A stretch of 46,923 nucleotides of DNA, from contig JBFMAY010000030.1 of assembly GCA_040755455.1 (NCBI GenBank), forward strand, positions 1 to 46,923. The letters run 5' to 3'. Positions 24,945-34,446 of the stretch are shown one piece after another; position 1 is the stretch's first letter; every line of letters starts with the position of its first letter. This DNA is from Thermodesulfobacteriota bacterium (lineage in GTDB: Bacteria; Desulfobacterota; Desulfobulbia; Desulfobulbales; SURF-16). A program made the translations under genes and the position numbers. A model generated the notes under the pieces. It had not been told where the DNA came from. It made no database searches and saw only the letters and a program-made list of their open reading frames with translations.

Positions 24945-25897
24945 CTTCTTTCAGCAGCTATGCGGAGCCTGTTTCTTTCCGCAAGAAATCGACACAGCCG
25001 CAAGAGGTGCTGATCATCAACGAGAGGTATCAGTCTTTTCTGGAGAATATCGCTTTCACCTCTTTTGATGCCATATGGACCTTTGCCGGCGGCGAGGTGG
25101 TCAAACAGAAAGGGGAAAGAACCGTTATCCGGGTCGCATTGCCATGGGCAAGCGGCTATGTGGCCGAACATGGTCAACCCACGGCTGGAGACACCGTTTT
25201 TTATATCAAGAAGCATTGCCAGCGGCTCAGCCTGCGGCAGAGTCTGCAATGCCTGCTGCGGCCGGCCGGTCCCTGCGGAGAAGGCTTAAAGGAATTTCAC
25301 AACTACTGTCGTTTTCGGCAGAGCGGACTGGGCACCGCTGTTCCCGTTGCTGCCGGGATGAAATTTTCTTCCTTTTTCCGGGCGGATTCCCTGCTGATTA
25401 CCCGGGACTTTTCTCCGCTCAGGGCCTTGGAGGATATTGTGCTGCAGCAGCCGGCAACCCTGCAGGGCCTGGAAAATCGGGAAAAAAAGAAAAACATCCT
25501 GCGTCAAATAGCCCGTTATGCCCGGCGCATGCATGACAGCGGCATGAACCAGAAGGACTTCAACGCCACCCATATCCTGCTGCAGGATCTGGAGGCCGCA
25601 CAGCCGCAGGTGGCCCTGTTTGATCTGCAACGGGTGGACCACAACCCGCTGAACCGCTTCCACTGGCCGATCAAGGCCCTGGCTGAACTGAATTATACCC
25701 TGCCTCCCGCTCTTTTTGCCGAGGACGACCGGGCCTTTCTTTTTTCATCTTATAAAGGCAAAGAAAAACTTTCCGTCCTTGACCAGTGGCAATACAGATT
25801 GATCAGGCGAAAAACCGACAGAATCGCCAAACACACCAAAAAGAGAGGGCTGGCCCCCAAAATGACGGACGCGGATCAGGGGATTGTTAAGAAATAA
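24941..25897 (+). CDS. LPS kinase, WaaP/InaA/Kdo-kinase family
   Basis: FYIKKH, MHDSGMNQKDFNATHILL, LFDLQR; 4-bp overlap with waaG, the arrangement seen in waaG-waaP operons. Confidence 0.8.
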   Translation: MTSFSSYAEPVSFRKKSTQPQEVLIINERYQSFLENIAFTSFDAIWTFAGGEVVKQKGERTVIRVALPWASGYVAEHGQPTAGDTVFYIKKHCQRLSLRQSLQCLLRPAGPCGEGLKEFHNYCRFRQSGLGTAVPVAAGMKFSSFFRADSLLITRDFSPLRALEDIVLQQPATLQGLENREKKKNILRQIARYARRMHDSGMNQKDFNATHILLQDLEAAQPQVALFDLQRVDHNPLNRFHWPIKALAELNYTLPPALFAEDDRAFLFSSYKGKEKLSVLDQWQYRLIRRKTDRIAKHTKKRGLAPKMTDADQGIVKK

Positions 25898-26028
25898 CCA
25901 TGACTTTGCTGACCATTTCGCCACAATCCCTTATGCCGTTTACAGTATTTCCATGTTACAGTTATTTTTGACACCGGCTTCGTTTGACACAGCACACCAA
26001 GGTGCAACAGGATTGACATTTTCGGATC

Positions 26029-27639
26029 ATGGGCATCGCTGAAAAAAAACCGGACACCCTTTCCGCCATCCACGGAGCACAGGCGGGGCAGTATGAGCAC
26101 CAGGCGCGGCTGCTCATGGCTGGTGAACTGCCGGCCGGCTGGCAGTGGATCTCCTCTTCCCGGGACACGGCGGTGGCGGTGTCCTCCACCGGGCCGACTG
26201 TCTATTATAAAGAATTTCTGCCGCGGGACAGCCTTGAGCAGCTCAAGGCCCTGCTGCGCGGCGACCGTTGCCAGCGGGCCCGCAGGCAGGCAGACATTTT
26301 GCTGGCAGCGGGTCTGCCCACTCCTGCAATTCTCTGCTGGGGCAGAGGCCGGGAAAACACCTTTCTCATCACCAGAGACTTTGGCGGTATCGGTTTTTTT
26401 CAGTATGTCAAAAAACATTTCCCCCCACCACTCAGTCCGGAGAAGATCAAGGAAAAACGCCTGTTGCTCGGCAAAGCCGGCGCCCTGATCGGCACCATGC
26501 ACAGCAAGGGTATCGTCCATGGCGACCTGAGGCAGAACAATCTGCTGGTCAAAAAAGAGGGGGGAGATTTCCGGCTCAGCCTTATCGACAACGAGAGCAA
26601 CCGCAAGTGGCCGCGTATCCCCCGCGCACAGATTGTCAAGAATCTGGCCCAGTTTGCCATCTTCTCCGACAATCTCCTGACCCGCCCGGATCTCCTGCGT
26701 CTCTTTCATGCCTATAGCAACAACTACCCCCGTTTTGCTGGCCGCAACAAACGCAAACTGCTGCAAATGGTCTATGCCCGCAGCCAGGCCCGCAATCTCG
26801 AAATCAAGGTCAAAGAGTCAATCAGACAAAACTGCCGCTCCTTTACCAGGCAAAATTTCCATGGAAAACTCGTTGCCGGCAGCATCGTGGACAGACAACT
26901 CGCCATGGGAACTGATCCGGCCCAGTGGTTCCGGCAGGGCGATAAAACCCTGAAGCAAGACAAGAACATCACCGTTACCTTGCTGTCCGGTCCAGGAGGT
27001 GATGTGATTGCCAAGCGATTTACCGCAAAGAATTTGTTGTCTTATGCCAAAATCTGGTTAAAGAAAGAACGTACCCTGCGTTTGTGGGAAATGAGTCACT
27101 GCTTTCAGGCCCTGGCTATTCCGGTGGCCGCCCCGCTGGGTTTTGTACTGGAAGGCAGCGGGCCAGGGCGCACGGTCAGTTATTTTTACAGCCGGTATCT
27201 CGGCGACGCCCGTGATCTTGTCGTCATCAGCCGCCAGAAAAAGAATAATTTCCAGACCTGGCTGGCAGATAACAAGATTGTTGCCCGCATGGCCAGACTG
27301 CTGGCCACATTGCATAATAACGGCCTCTGTCATGGCGATACGAAATGGGCCAATATTCTGGCCAATGCCGGCAGCGGCGAATTCTGGCTGATTGATCTGG
27401 ACGGAGCCGGCCTGGTCCGATCTCCACTGGATAGACGGGTCAGAAAGGATCTGAGCCGCTTCATGGTGGATATGATCGAAACAGGGCTGCCCCAATCCTT
27501 TCTGCAGGAATTCATAACGGAGTATTGCGGACTAAGAAGGTTAAACAGGGCTCACGTGCAGCAAAAAATCAATCCCCATATCGAAAAGACCCTTGCCCGG
27601 CACAGAAAAAAGAAAAGGCTTGCAGCTGATACTGCTTAA
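26029..27639 (+). CDS. LPS-kinase family protein with two tandem kinase domains
   Basis: Domain 1 YYKEF...HGDLRQNNLLV...LIDNE; domain 2 IAKRF...HGDTKWANILA...LIDLDG. Confidence 0.82.
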   Translation: MGIAEKKPDTLSAIHGAQAGQYEHQARLLMAGELPAGWQWISSSRDTAVAVSSTGPTVYYKEFLPRDSLEQLKALLRGDRCQRARRQADILLAAGLPTPAILCWGRGRENTFLITRDFGGIGFFQYVKKHFPPPLSPEKIKEKRLLLGKAGALIGTMHSKGIVHGDLRQNNLLVKKEGGDFRLSLIDNESNRKWPRIPRAQIVKNLAQFAIFSDNLLTRPDLLRLFHAYSNNYPRFAGRNKRKLLQMVYARSQARNLEIKVKESIRQNCRSFTRQNFHGKLVAGSIVDRQLAMGTDPAQWFRQGDKTLKQDKNITVTLLSGPGGDVIAKRFTAKNLLSYAKIWLKKERTLRLWEMSHCFQALAIPVAAPLGFVLEGSGPGRTVSYFYSRYLGDARDLVVISRQKKNNFQTWLADNKIVARMARLLATLHNNGLCHGDTKWANILANAGSGEFWLIDLDGAGLVRSPLDRRVRKDLSRFMVDMIETGLPQSFLQEFITEYCGLRRLNRAHVQQKINPHIEKTLARHRKKKRLAADTA

Positions 27640-28622
27640 TGAAATTACTCATACTCACCAATAATCCGAACCGGGCCAGTTACCGGCAGAGAATCGGCAT
27701 TTATCTGGAAACCCTGGCGGCAAGCGGCATTGCATGCACAACGGCCGTGCTGCCCCGCGGCTCCCTGGCCCGCTGGGAGCTGTTTAGAAAGGCCCGCGAT
27801 TTTGACGGCGTTTTTCTGCACAAAAAGGGGTTGAACCTGCTTGATGCCTATTTATTGCGCAGAAACTGCCGCAGGCTGATCTACAATTATGATGATGCGG
27901 TGATGTACAGCGACAGAAGACCGGAGCGGGTCAGCCTCTCCCATCTTCTTCCTTTCCGGCGCACGGCAAAACTGGCTGACATGATCATTGTCGGCAGTCC
28001 CTACCTGGCGGAGCAGTCACGGCAGCTCAATGCCAATGTCCAGGTGCTGCCCATCGGGCTCGACACGGAGGACTATCTGGTCAAGCAGGGAGGCGGCAGC
28101 GATGGTAAAATCCGCCTGGTCTGGATCGGCAGCGAAAGCACCCTTGCCTACCTGGCCGAGCTGATGCCGGTGCTGGAAAAAATCGGCAGCTCCTTTGATC
28201 ATGTTGTGCTGCGGATCATCGGTGACACCTTTTTTGACCTGGAAAACATGATGGTTGAAAAGCATCCCTGGGGCAAGGAAACCAGGGCCCGGGATCTGGC
28301 CACCAGCGACATCGGTCTCGGCCCCCTGCCGAGCAATCCTTTTACCGAAGGAAAATGCAGCTTTAAAATACTCGAGTATTCCTGCTCCGGACTGCCGGTG
28401 GTGGCCGCACCGGTGGGGACCAATGCGGTTTTTGTCAAGGAAGGGGTGACCGGTTTTCTGGTCAACAACCAGGAGCAGTGGTATGACCGGCTGGCAGAGC
28501 TTATCGCCGACCAGCAGCTGCGGGCCCGCATGGGGCAGGCCGGCGTTGCCCGGGCCAAAGAGTTTGATGTTCGGATCATCGGCCGGAAGTTCGCCCGGCT
28601 CCTAGCCGATTTTCTGGAGTGA
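27639..28622 (+). CDS. Glycosyltransferase family 4
   Basis: ASYRQRI, YNYDDAV, LVWIGS, DIGLGPL...GKCSFKILEY..SGLPVVAAPVG. Confidence 0.88.
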   Translation: MKLLILTNNPNRASYRQRIGIYLETLAASGIACTTAVLPRGSLARWELFRKARDFDGVFLHKKGLNLLDAYLLRRNCRRLIYNYDDAVMYSDRRPERVSLSHLLPFRRTAKLADMIIVGSPYLAEQSRQLNANVQVLPIGLDTEDYLVKQGGGSDGKIRLVWIGSESTLAYLAELMPVLEKIGSSFDHVVLRIIGDTFFDLENMMVEKHPWGKETRARDLATSDIGLGPLPSNPFTEGKCSFKILEYSCSGLPVVAAPVGTNAVFVKEGVTGFLVNNQEQWYDRLAELIADQQLRARMGQAGVARAKEFDVRIIGRKFARLLADFLE

Positions 28623-28743
28623 GAAGTGAGAAGTGAAAAGTAAGGAGTGAGGAGGAGGGGCGGGTGGCGAACCCCCCCGACACGGAGCCCACCCCCCACA
28701 GCCATGAGCCCCGAGCCCAGAGCCAAGAGCCATGAGAGCCATC
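28616..28743. repeat. Two heptamer tandem arrays around a GC-rich spacer
   Basis: (G-T[G/A]A-RRA)x5 at ~28619-28653; (AGCCnnG)x5-6 at 28700-28743 (agccatg agccccg agcccag agccaag agccatg ag agccatc). Confidence 0.8.
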
Positions 28744-28763
28744 AATACATTGAGGCAGATAAC

Positions 28764-29495
28764 ATGTCAAATCAGTTAAGCAGCTGGGTAAAGAAAAAAA
28801 TACTCAAAAAAGATCAGAATCTACTTTCCCTCAATGACCCGTATATGGTCATTGAAAAAATATTAAAAAATACCAGGGTGAACGGCATTCTTGATGCCGG
28901 GGCCAGTAACGGCCGGATTTCCCGGGTGCTGCTGAAATCCTTCCCCAAGGCCAGGGCCTATGCCTTTGAACCCAACCCGATGTATAAAGAGCTGCTGGAA
29001 ATCTATGCCCGGGAAGATGCGCGATTCCATCCGCAATACCTGGCCCTGTCAGATCACGAGGGCAGCGCCGACCTGTTTATCACCGAGTCTCCGGGCAACA
29101 CCTCGCTGCTCTCGCCCGGCGAACGCCTGAAGGAAATAGATCCGCAGGGCGCAGGAGTAAAGGAACGGCGCAGTGTTGAACTTGTGACCATCGATGAATG
29201 GGCCAGAAGGAACAACGATCTGACCATTGAGGTAATGAAATTTGATATTCAGGGGGCCGAATTACAGGCCCTGCAGGGCGGGGCGGAAGTCCTGCACAAA
29301 TCAACCTGCGCGGTCTATATCGAGGTCTGGTTCAACACCCCCTACCAGGGCGGGGCGCTGTACAGTGAAATCGATCTGTTTTTCCGCAAACTGGATTTCA
29401 TCCTCTATGATCTGTTCAAACCAAAATACAGCAAGGACGGCCTGATCATGTGGGCCAACGCCCTGTATGTTGACCCGGCAAAGATCAAGGTGTGA
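28764..29495 (+). CDS. FkbM family SAM-dependent methyltransferase
   Basis: ILDAGASNG, YAFEPNP, ALSDHEG, VTIDEW, MKFDIQGAELQALQG; SD GAGG before ATG 28764. Confidence 0.9.
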   Translation: MSNQLSSWVKKKILKKDQNLLSLNDPYMVIEKILKNTRVNGILDAGASNGRISRVLLKSFPKARAYAFEPNPMYKELLEIYAREDARFHPQYLALSDHEGSADLFITESPGNTSLLSPGERLKEIDPQGAGVKERRSVELVTIDEWARRNNDLTIEVMKFDIQGAELQALQGGAEVLHKSTCAVYIEVWFNTPYQGGALYSEIDLFFRKLDFILYDLFKPKYSKDGLIMWANALYVDPAKIKV

Positions 29496-29511
29496 GAACT
29501 TCTTTTATCCC

Positions 29512-30090
29512 ATGAACCTTAAAAAAATAATCCGCGGCATATATCATTCAATTACCTGGCATTACTGGTCAAACCGCATGGGGGAACTGGGGCCGGGCAG
29601 CAGGTTTGCGTCCCAGATCAGCTGGCATAAACCGGACAGGATTGCCATCGGCAGCAATGTCTTCATCAAAAAAAGATGCCGGTTTGAGGCAATCAACACC
29701 GGGAAATCACCCGGAGCGATCCATCTGAGAATAGGCGACAATACCACTTTTCAGGAAGGTTGCCAGGTATCGGCAGCCCGGCAGGTGACCATCGGCAGAG
29801 ACGTCCTCGTCGGCGCCAACGTCCTGATCACCGACAATGACCATATCTATGATCATCCCGGCAAACCCGCGGCCGCCATCCGGGAACTTTATACGGCGCC
29901 CGTCATTATTGAGGACGGCTGCTGGCTGGGCTTTGCCTGTGTCGTCTTGAAAGGTGTCACCGTCGGCACAAGAGCGGTGATCGGTGCCAATGCCGTGGTG
30001 ACCCATGATATCCCCCCCTATTGCGTCGCGGCGGGTGTCCCCGCCAGAGTGATTAAGCGCTTCAGCGAGCAAGAGGGCGGGCAGCCATAA
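29512..30090 (+). CDS. Hexapeptide-repeat (LbH) O-acyltransferase
   Basis: IGRDVLVGANVLITDNDH, IEDGCWLG, VIGANAVVTHDIPPYCVAAGVPARVIK. Confidence 0.9.
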   Translation: MNLKKIIRGIYHSITWHYWSNRMGELGPGSRFASQISWHKPDRIAIGSNVFIKKRCRFEAINTGKSPGAIHLRIGDNTTFQEGCQVSAARQVTIGRDVLVGANVLITDNDHIYDHPGKPAAAIRELYTAPVIIEDGCWLGFACVVLKGVTVGTRAVIGANAVVTHDIPPYCVAAGVPARVIKRFSEQEGGQP

Positions 30091-30108
30091 GCTTTCCAAG
30101 GGCATTCC

Positions 30109-31587
30109 ATGCTTTTTAATTCCTATATCTATATTCTCCTCTTTCTTCCTGTGGTGGTGACAGGGTATTTTGTCCTCAACCGGCACAGACTCATCCTGGC
30201 CGGCAGGGCCTGGCTGGTGCTGGCCTCGCTTTTTTTCTATTCATTCGGCAATCCCGCTTACCTGCCGCTGCTGGTCGGCTCGATACTGTTTAATTACGGC
30301 CTCGGCACGGCCCTGAAAAAGGGTAAACAGCCGGGCCGGCGGCGTGACGGATTCCTTTCGCCAAAGGCCATGCTGCTGCTGGGCATTACCGCCAATCTGG
30401 CCCTGCTCGGCTATTACAAGTATGCGGATTTCTTCATCACCACCTTTTCGGCCCTGACGGGTGGCGAGTTCAATCTGCTGCACCTGATTCTGCCCCTGGC
30501 CATCAGCTTTTTCACCTTTCAGCAGATCGCCTATCTTCTTGACTGCTACAGTCTGGCAGCCGAGGAAGACGATTTTCTCAATTATTGTGTCTTTGTCAGC
30601 TTCTTTCCCCAGCTGATAGCCGGCCCCATCGTCCGCCACCGGGAAACGATGCCCCAGTTCACCCGGCTTCGCAACGCCCTGCCTGACTGGGGTAACATAG
30701 CCCGGGGAGTGACGATCTTTTTTCTCGGTCTCTTTAAAAAGGTGATCATCGCCGACACCTTTGCCGTCTGGGCGGACGCGGGTTTTGACCAGCTGCCGGT
30801 CCTCAATTTCACCCAGGCGTGGACCGTCTCCCTGAGCTATACCCTGCAGCTCTATTACGATTTCAGCGGCTACACGGATATGGCCATCGGTTCCGCCCTG
30901 CTGTTCAACATCAGACTGCCGATCAATTTTTATTCCCCCTACAAGGCCTTGGATATCCGTGATTTCTGGCGGCGCTGGCACATGACCTTGAGCCGCTGGC
31001 TGAAGGATTACGTCTATATTCCTCTGGGCGGCAGCAGGAAAGGATCCGCCCGCACCTGCGTCAATCTCTTCATCACCTTTCTTTTATGCGGGTTGTGGCA
31101 CGGGGCGGGTTGGACCTTCGTCCTCTGGGGAGCCATGCACGGTGCAGCGGCAGTCATCAACAGGTTATGGCAGAGGATGGGTTTGCGTATGCCGGCACTG
31201 CCAGCCTGGCTCCTCACCTTTCTCTTTATCAACAGTGCATGGGTGCTGTTCCGGGCCAACACCTTTGCCGATGCCTTCAAGGTATTCAAGGGGATGCTCG
31301 GTTTGTCCGGTTTGGTCCTGCCCGAGGCACTGCAGTTCCCCCTTGGCATACTGACAGGATACGGAGTGAGTTTTCAGGACGATATCCTGAAAACGCTGAA
31401 CGGCGACAAGATGAACATGATCGTCCTGGTGATCTTCGGCCTGGGAGCAATGCTTGCCAGAAACTCCCTGCAGATTGCCGAAAGAATGCAACCCACTTGC
31501 AGATGGGCCTTCTATGTGGTCTGCATCGCCATATTCGGCCTGCTCGGCGTAAGCCGGATCAACGAATTTCTCTATTTTCAATTCTGA
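30109..31587 (+). CDS. MBOAT family O-acyltransferase (AlgI/PatA/DltB-like)
   Basis: LPLAISFFTFQQIAY, FFPQLIAGPI, QLYYDFSGYTDMAIG, FWRRWHMTLSRWLKDYVYIPLGG, GLWHGAGW, terminal EFLYFQF. Confidence 0.95.
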   Translation: MLFNSYIYILLFLPVVVTGYFVLNRHRLILAGRAWLVLASLFFYSFGNPAYLPLLVGSILFNYGLGTALKKGKQPGRRRDGFLSPKAMLLLGITANLALLGYYKYADFFITTFSALTGGEFNLLHLILPLAISFFTFQQIAYLLDCYSLAAEEDDFLNYCVFVSFFPQLIAGPIVRHRETMPQFTRLRNALPDWGNIARGVTIFFLGLFKKVIIADTFAVWADAGFDQLPVLNFTQAWTVSLSYTLQLYYDFSGYTDMAIGSALLFNIRLPINFYSPYKALDIRDFWRRWHMTLSRWLKDYVYIPLGGSRKGSARTCVNLFITFLLCGLWHGAGWTFVLWGAMHGAAAVINRLWQRMGLRMPALPAWLLTFLFINSAWVLFRANTFADAFKVFKGMLGLSGLVLPEALQFPLGILTGYGVSFQDDILKTLNGDKMNMIVLVIFGLGAMLARNSLQIAERMQPTCRWAFYVVCIAIFGLLGVSRINEFLYFQF

Positions 31588-31605
31588 CCCGCCAGAGGTT
31601 CTCCC

Positions 31606-32592
31606 GTGCATCTTTACAAAAAATGGGTGACAAAAACATTACCGCTGGTTGCCGTTTTTATTGCCATCTCCACCCTGGTACCGCTCTATCTGTTGAACAT
31701 GAACTTCCGGGATGACAGCCTGTGCGGCAAGGAGTACCTGTTGGGAAAAAATCCGAAAATCATCTTCGCCGGAGACAGCCGGGCCGAAAGACAGCTCAAT
31801 CCCCTGGTTGCCAGTCGCCTGTTGCATCTCGACAAAGACGACGTCGTCAATATCGCCGTCACGGCCGGCGATCCGCTGATGCTCGAAGGCCTGATCGACA
31901 GATATCCGGAGGTATTCAGCAAGGCGACCGTGATCCTGTCACTTTCCGCCAATCTGATTAATGACGGAGCAAAGGGCAGGAAATACTTTTCCACGGCCAT
32001 GATTGCCAAATTAACTGTTTTCGAACAGATTTCCATGCTTCTCCCGTTTCATTTCCGCACCTGGAAGAACTACTACCGCTCAGCACTGTATCAGGTCTTG
32101 GGAATTCAAAGGGATGACTGCAACAATGAATATGCGGAGACAAACGGATTTTACCCTGTTTCCGGAGAAATAGATGTCGAGGCTCTGAACGGGACGGCCG
32201 TGAACGCCGATACCGCCGGCAACAATAAAACAAATCACCCCTGGTACATGGAGTACAACAGTTCAGGCAGAAAAGCGCAGCTGCTGAGACAATCCCTGCA
32301 AGCCATCGCCCCCAGGATCGGCAAACTCATCGTCTTCACCGGCCCCTTTAATCCAAGCTACCTGCGGTCAATAAGCAACTCTCCCCTTTATGAATACGAG
32401 ATGGATTTTGAAACAAAACTGGCGGCCATGTGCCGGGAACTCCATATCCCCTTCAGAAAATTCACCGAGCACCCTTTACTGCGGGATCAAAATTTTTATG
32501 ACTCCGCCCACCTCAATGCCGCGGGTGCTGATTTATTTACTGAATTCGTCACCAGAGAATTCCTTGATTCCCGGAAACCGGCGACTCAATAA
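31606..32592 (+). CDS. Membrane-anchored SGNH-like protein (AlgJ/PatB/DltD-like partner of the MBOAT)
   Basis: N-terminal TM anchor, IIFAGDSR (GDS block I), FYDSAHLN (DxxH); directly follows the MBOAT gene. Confidence 0.72.
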   Translation: MHLYKKWVTKTLPLVAVFIAISTLVPLYLLNMNFRDDSLCGKEYLLGKNPKIIFAGDSRAERQLNPLVASRLLHLDKDDVVNIAVTAGDPLMLEGLIDRYPEVFSKATVILSLSANLINDGAKGRKYFSTAMIAKLTVFEQISMLLPFHFRTWKNYYRSALYQVLGIQRDDCNNEYAETNGFYPVSGEIDVEALNGTAVNADTAGNNKTNHPWYMEYNSSGRKAQLLRQSLQAIAPRIGKLIVFTGPFNPSYLRSISNSPLYEYEMDFETKLAAMCRELHIPFRKFTEHPLLRDQNFYDSAHLNAAGADLFTEFVTREFLDSRKPATQ

Positions 32593-32645
32593 ATTTCCGG
32601 CTGGAGAAGAAAGCAGCTGCAACACGGGTGATGGCGCAGGAGGGT

Positions 32646-33227
32646 CTACAGTTTCCTGATAACCCTGGCGGGATTGCCGGCCGCGATAACATGGGGCGGG
32701 ATGTCCGAGGTGACGACGGAATTTGCCGCAATAACTGAACCGGCTCCGATGGTGACACTGCGCAGAACAGTGACATTGGCGCCGATAAAGACATGATCCT
32801 CGATCACCACTCTGCCGGTCCGGGGAGAGCCGCCGATCCTTCTGCCGGGGGTCAGCTCATGGAAATCGCTGTCATAAATGTGCACGTTATAACCGAGAAG
32901 ACAATCAGCGCCGATCTGCACCCCTTCCCCTTCGCTGATCACAACGCAGTTATTGTTCATCATGGTGCGGGCGCCCGCCATGATCCGTGAATTTTCGTTC
33001 CTGGCCTCCAGGTAGATATAGCCGCTGTAGAGATAAGGAGAGGCAACCACGCCCAGCCGGACCGAATCATGCAGCACAATCGTACCGTTGCCCTTGAAGA
33101 GTACCGGTTGTTTGATCCTGGGGCGGCCCTGCACATTCGCACAATCAGACAGCAGCTTATATTTCCAGATCCGACTGGCAGCAGTTACTTTATGAAACAA
33201 CTTTCTCACTGATCGCCGCAGCCCCAT
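32646..33227 (-). CDS. Hexapeptide-repeat (LbH) acyltransferase
   Basis: IGADCLLGYNVHIYDSDFH, IEDHVFIGANV, VIAANSVVTSDIPPHVIAAGNPARVIR; start MGLRR at 33227, 11 nt after the aminotransferase stop. Confidence 0.88.
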   Translation of the reverse strand: MGLRRSVRKLFHKVTAASRIWKYKLLSDCANVQGRPRIKQPVLFKGNGTIVLHDSVRLGVVASPYLYSGYIYLEARNENSRIMAGARTMMNNNCVVISEGEGVQIGADCLLGYNVHIYDSDFHELTPGRRIGGSPRTGRVVIEDHVFIGANVTVLRSVTIGAGSVIAANSVVTSDIPPHVIAAGNPARVIRKL

Positions 33228-33238
33228 GCTGTTCTCTC

Positions 33239-34387
33239 TCAGTCCGCTACTTCCGGGAGGATAGAGCAGACAGCCGCGATGATGCGCTGCTGGTCGGCAG
33301 GTGAGAGATGCGGCCCCATGGGCAGACTGAGAACCTCGGCATGAATTTTTTCCGTGAGCGGCAGGCTGCCTGCTGCCATCCGCAGAGGGCCGTAGGCCTT
33401 CTGTAAATGGGCGGGAACGGGATAATGGATCATGGTCTGAATGCCCGCCTCTGCCAGCCTGCGCTGCAGCTGGTCCCGGGCAGCTGATCGCACCACGTAG
33501 AGATGCCATACCGGATCGGCCCAGGCAGGGACTGCGGGCAGCACCAGCGATGTCTGCCGCAACCCCTGCTGATAAACCGCGGCGATTTTTCTGCGGCATT
33601 CATTCCACTGATCAAGCCGGGCAAGCTTCACCCGCAGCAAGGCCGCCTGCAGTTCATCAAGCCGGGAATTAAAACCAATGACGTCATTGTAATATTTCGT
33701 TGCTGACCCGTAGTTGCGCAACTTGCGCACCAGCTCCGCCAGGTGGGTATCGTTGGTGAGGACCGCACCGCCGTCGCCAAAAGCGCCGAGGTTTTTGCCG
33801 GGATAAAAACTGAAGCCGGCCGCATGCCCCAGGCTTCCCGCCTTTCTCCCTTTATAGAGCGCTCCATGGGCCTGGGCCGCGTCCTCAATGACCTTGAGAT
33901 GATATCTGGCGGCCAGGTCGTTGAGCGGATCCATGTCTGCGGTCTGACCGTAAAGGTGCACCGCCATGATCGCTTTGGTTTTCGGGGTTATGGCCCTTTC
34001 CACCAGAGCGGGATCGATATTGTAGGTATGTTCATCCGGTTCAACCGGCACCGGGGTGGCGCCATTGTGGGAAACCGCCAGCCACGAGGCAATATAGGTA
34101 TTGGCCGGCACGATCACCTCATCGTTTTTGCCGATACCGTAGGCATGGAGAATCAGAGACAGGGCTTCCAGACCGTTGCCGACGCCGATGCAGTGAGTTA
34201 CGCCGCAGTAGGCGGCGAATTCCTGCTCAAAGGCCGCAACCTCGGAGCCGAGGATATACCAGCCGCTGCGCAGTACCCTTTTGCAGGCTGCGTCCAACTC
34301 ATCTGCAAGTTCCCGGTAAGGACCTCTGAGATCCAGGAAAGGAATTTCTTCTGTCAAAATGAAAGATCCGCCAATAGACGTTAACAC
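33239..34387 (-). CDS. fdtB: DegT/DnrJ/EryC1/StrS aminotransferase, FdtB-like (dTDP-3-amino-3,6-dideoxyhexose transaminase)
   Basis: [57 protein letters not shown]; next to a wxcM-like gene. The start may be TTG at 34357. Confidence 0.85.
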   Translation of the reverse strand: MLTSIGGSFILTEEIPFLDLRGPYRELADELDAACKRVLRSGWYILGSEVAAFEQEFAAYCGVTHCIGVGNGLEALSLILHAYGIGKNDEVIVPANTYIASWLAVSHNGATPVPVEPDEHTYNIDPALVERAITPKTKAIMAVHLYGQTADMDPLNDLAARYHLKVIEDAAQAHGALYKGRKAGSLGHAAGFSFYPGKNLGAFGDGGAVLTNDTHLAELVRKLRNYGSATKYYNDVIGFNSRLDELQAALLRVKLARLDQWNECRRKIAAVYQQGLRQTSLVLPAVPAWADPVWHLYVVRSAARDQLQRRLAEAGIQTMIHYPVPAHLQKAYGPLRMAAGSLPLTEKIHAEVLSLPMGPHLSPADQQRIIAAVCSILPEVAD

Positions 34388-34446
34388 ATCATCCGGTGAT
34401 GATTAATCAATGGCACCAATGGGCTGTTTATCTTTTTTTCAAGACA

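Noticed and set aside
28647..28763. N-terminal extension of FkbM given in the ORF track
   Set aside because: It is a translation of the heptamer repeat; a good SD precedes ATG 28764
33228..33599. N-terminal extension of the acyltransferase ORF (32646-33599)
   Set aside because: It overlaps the aminotransferase gene in another frame; the real start is probably 33227
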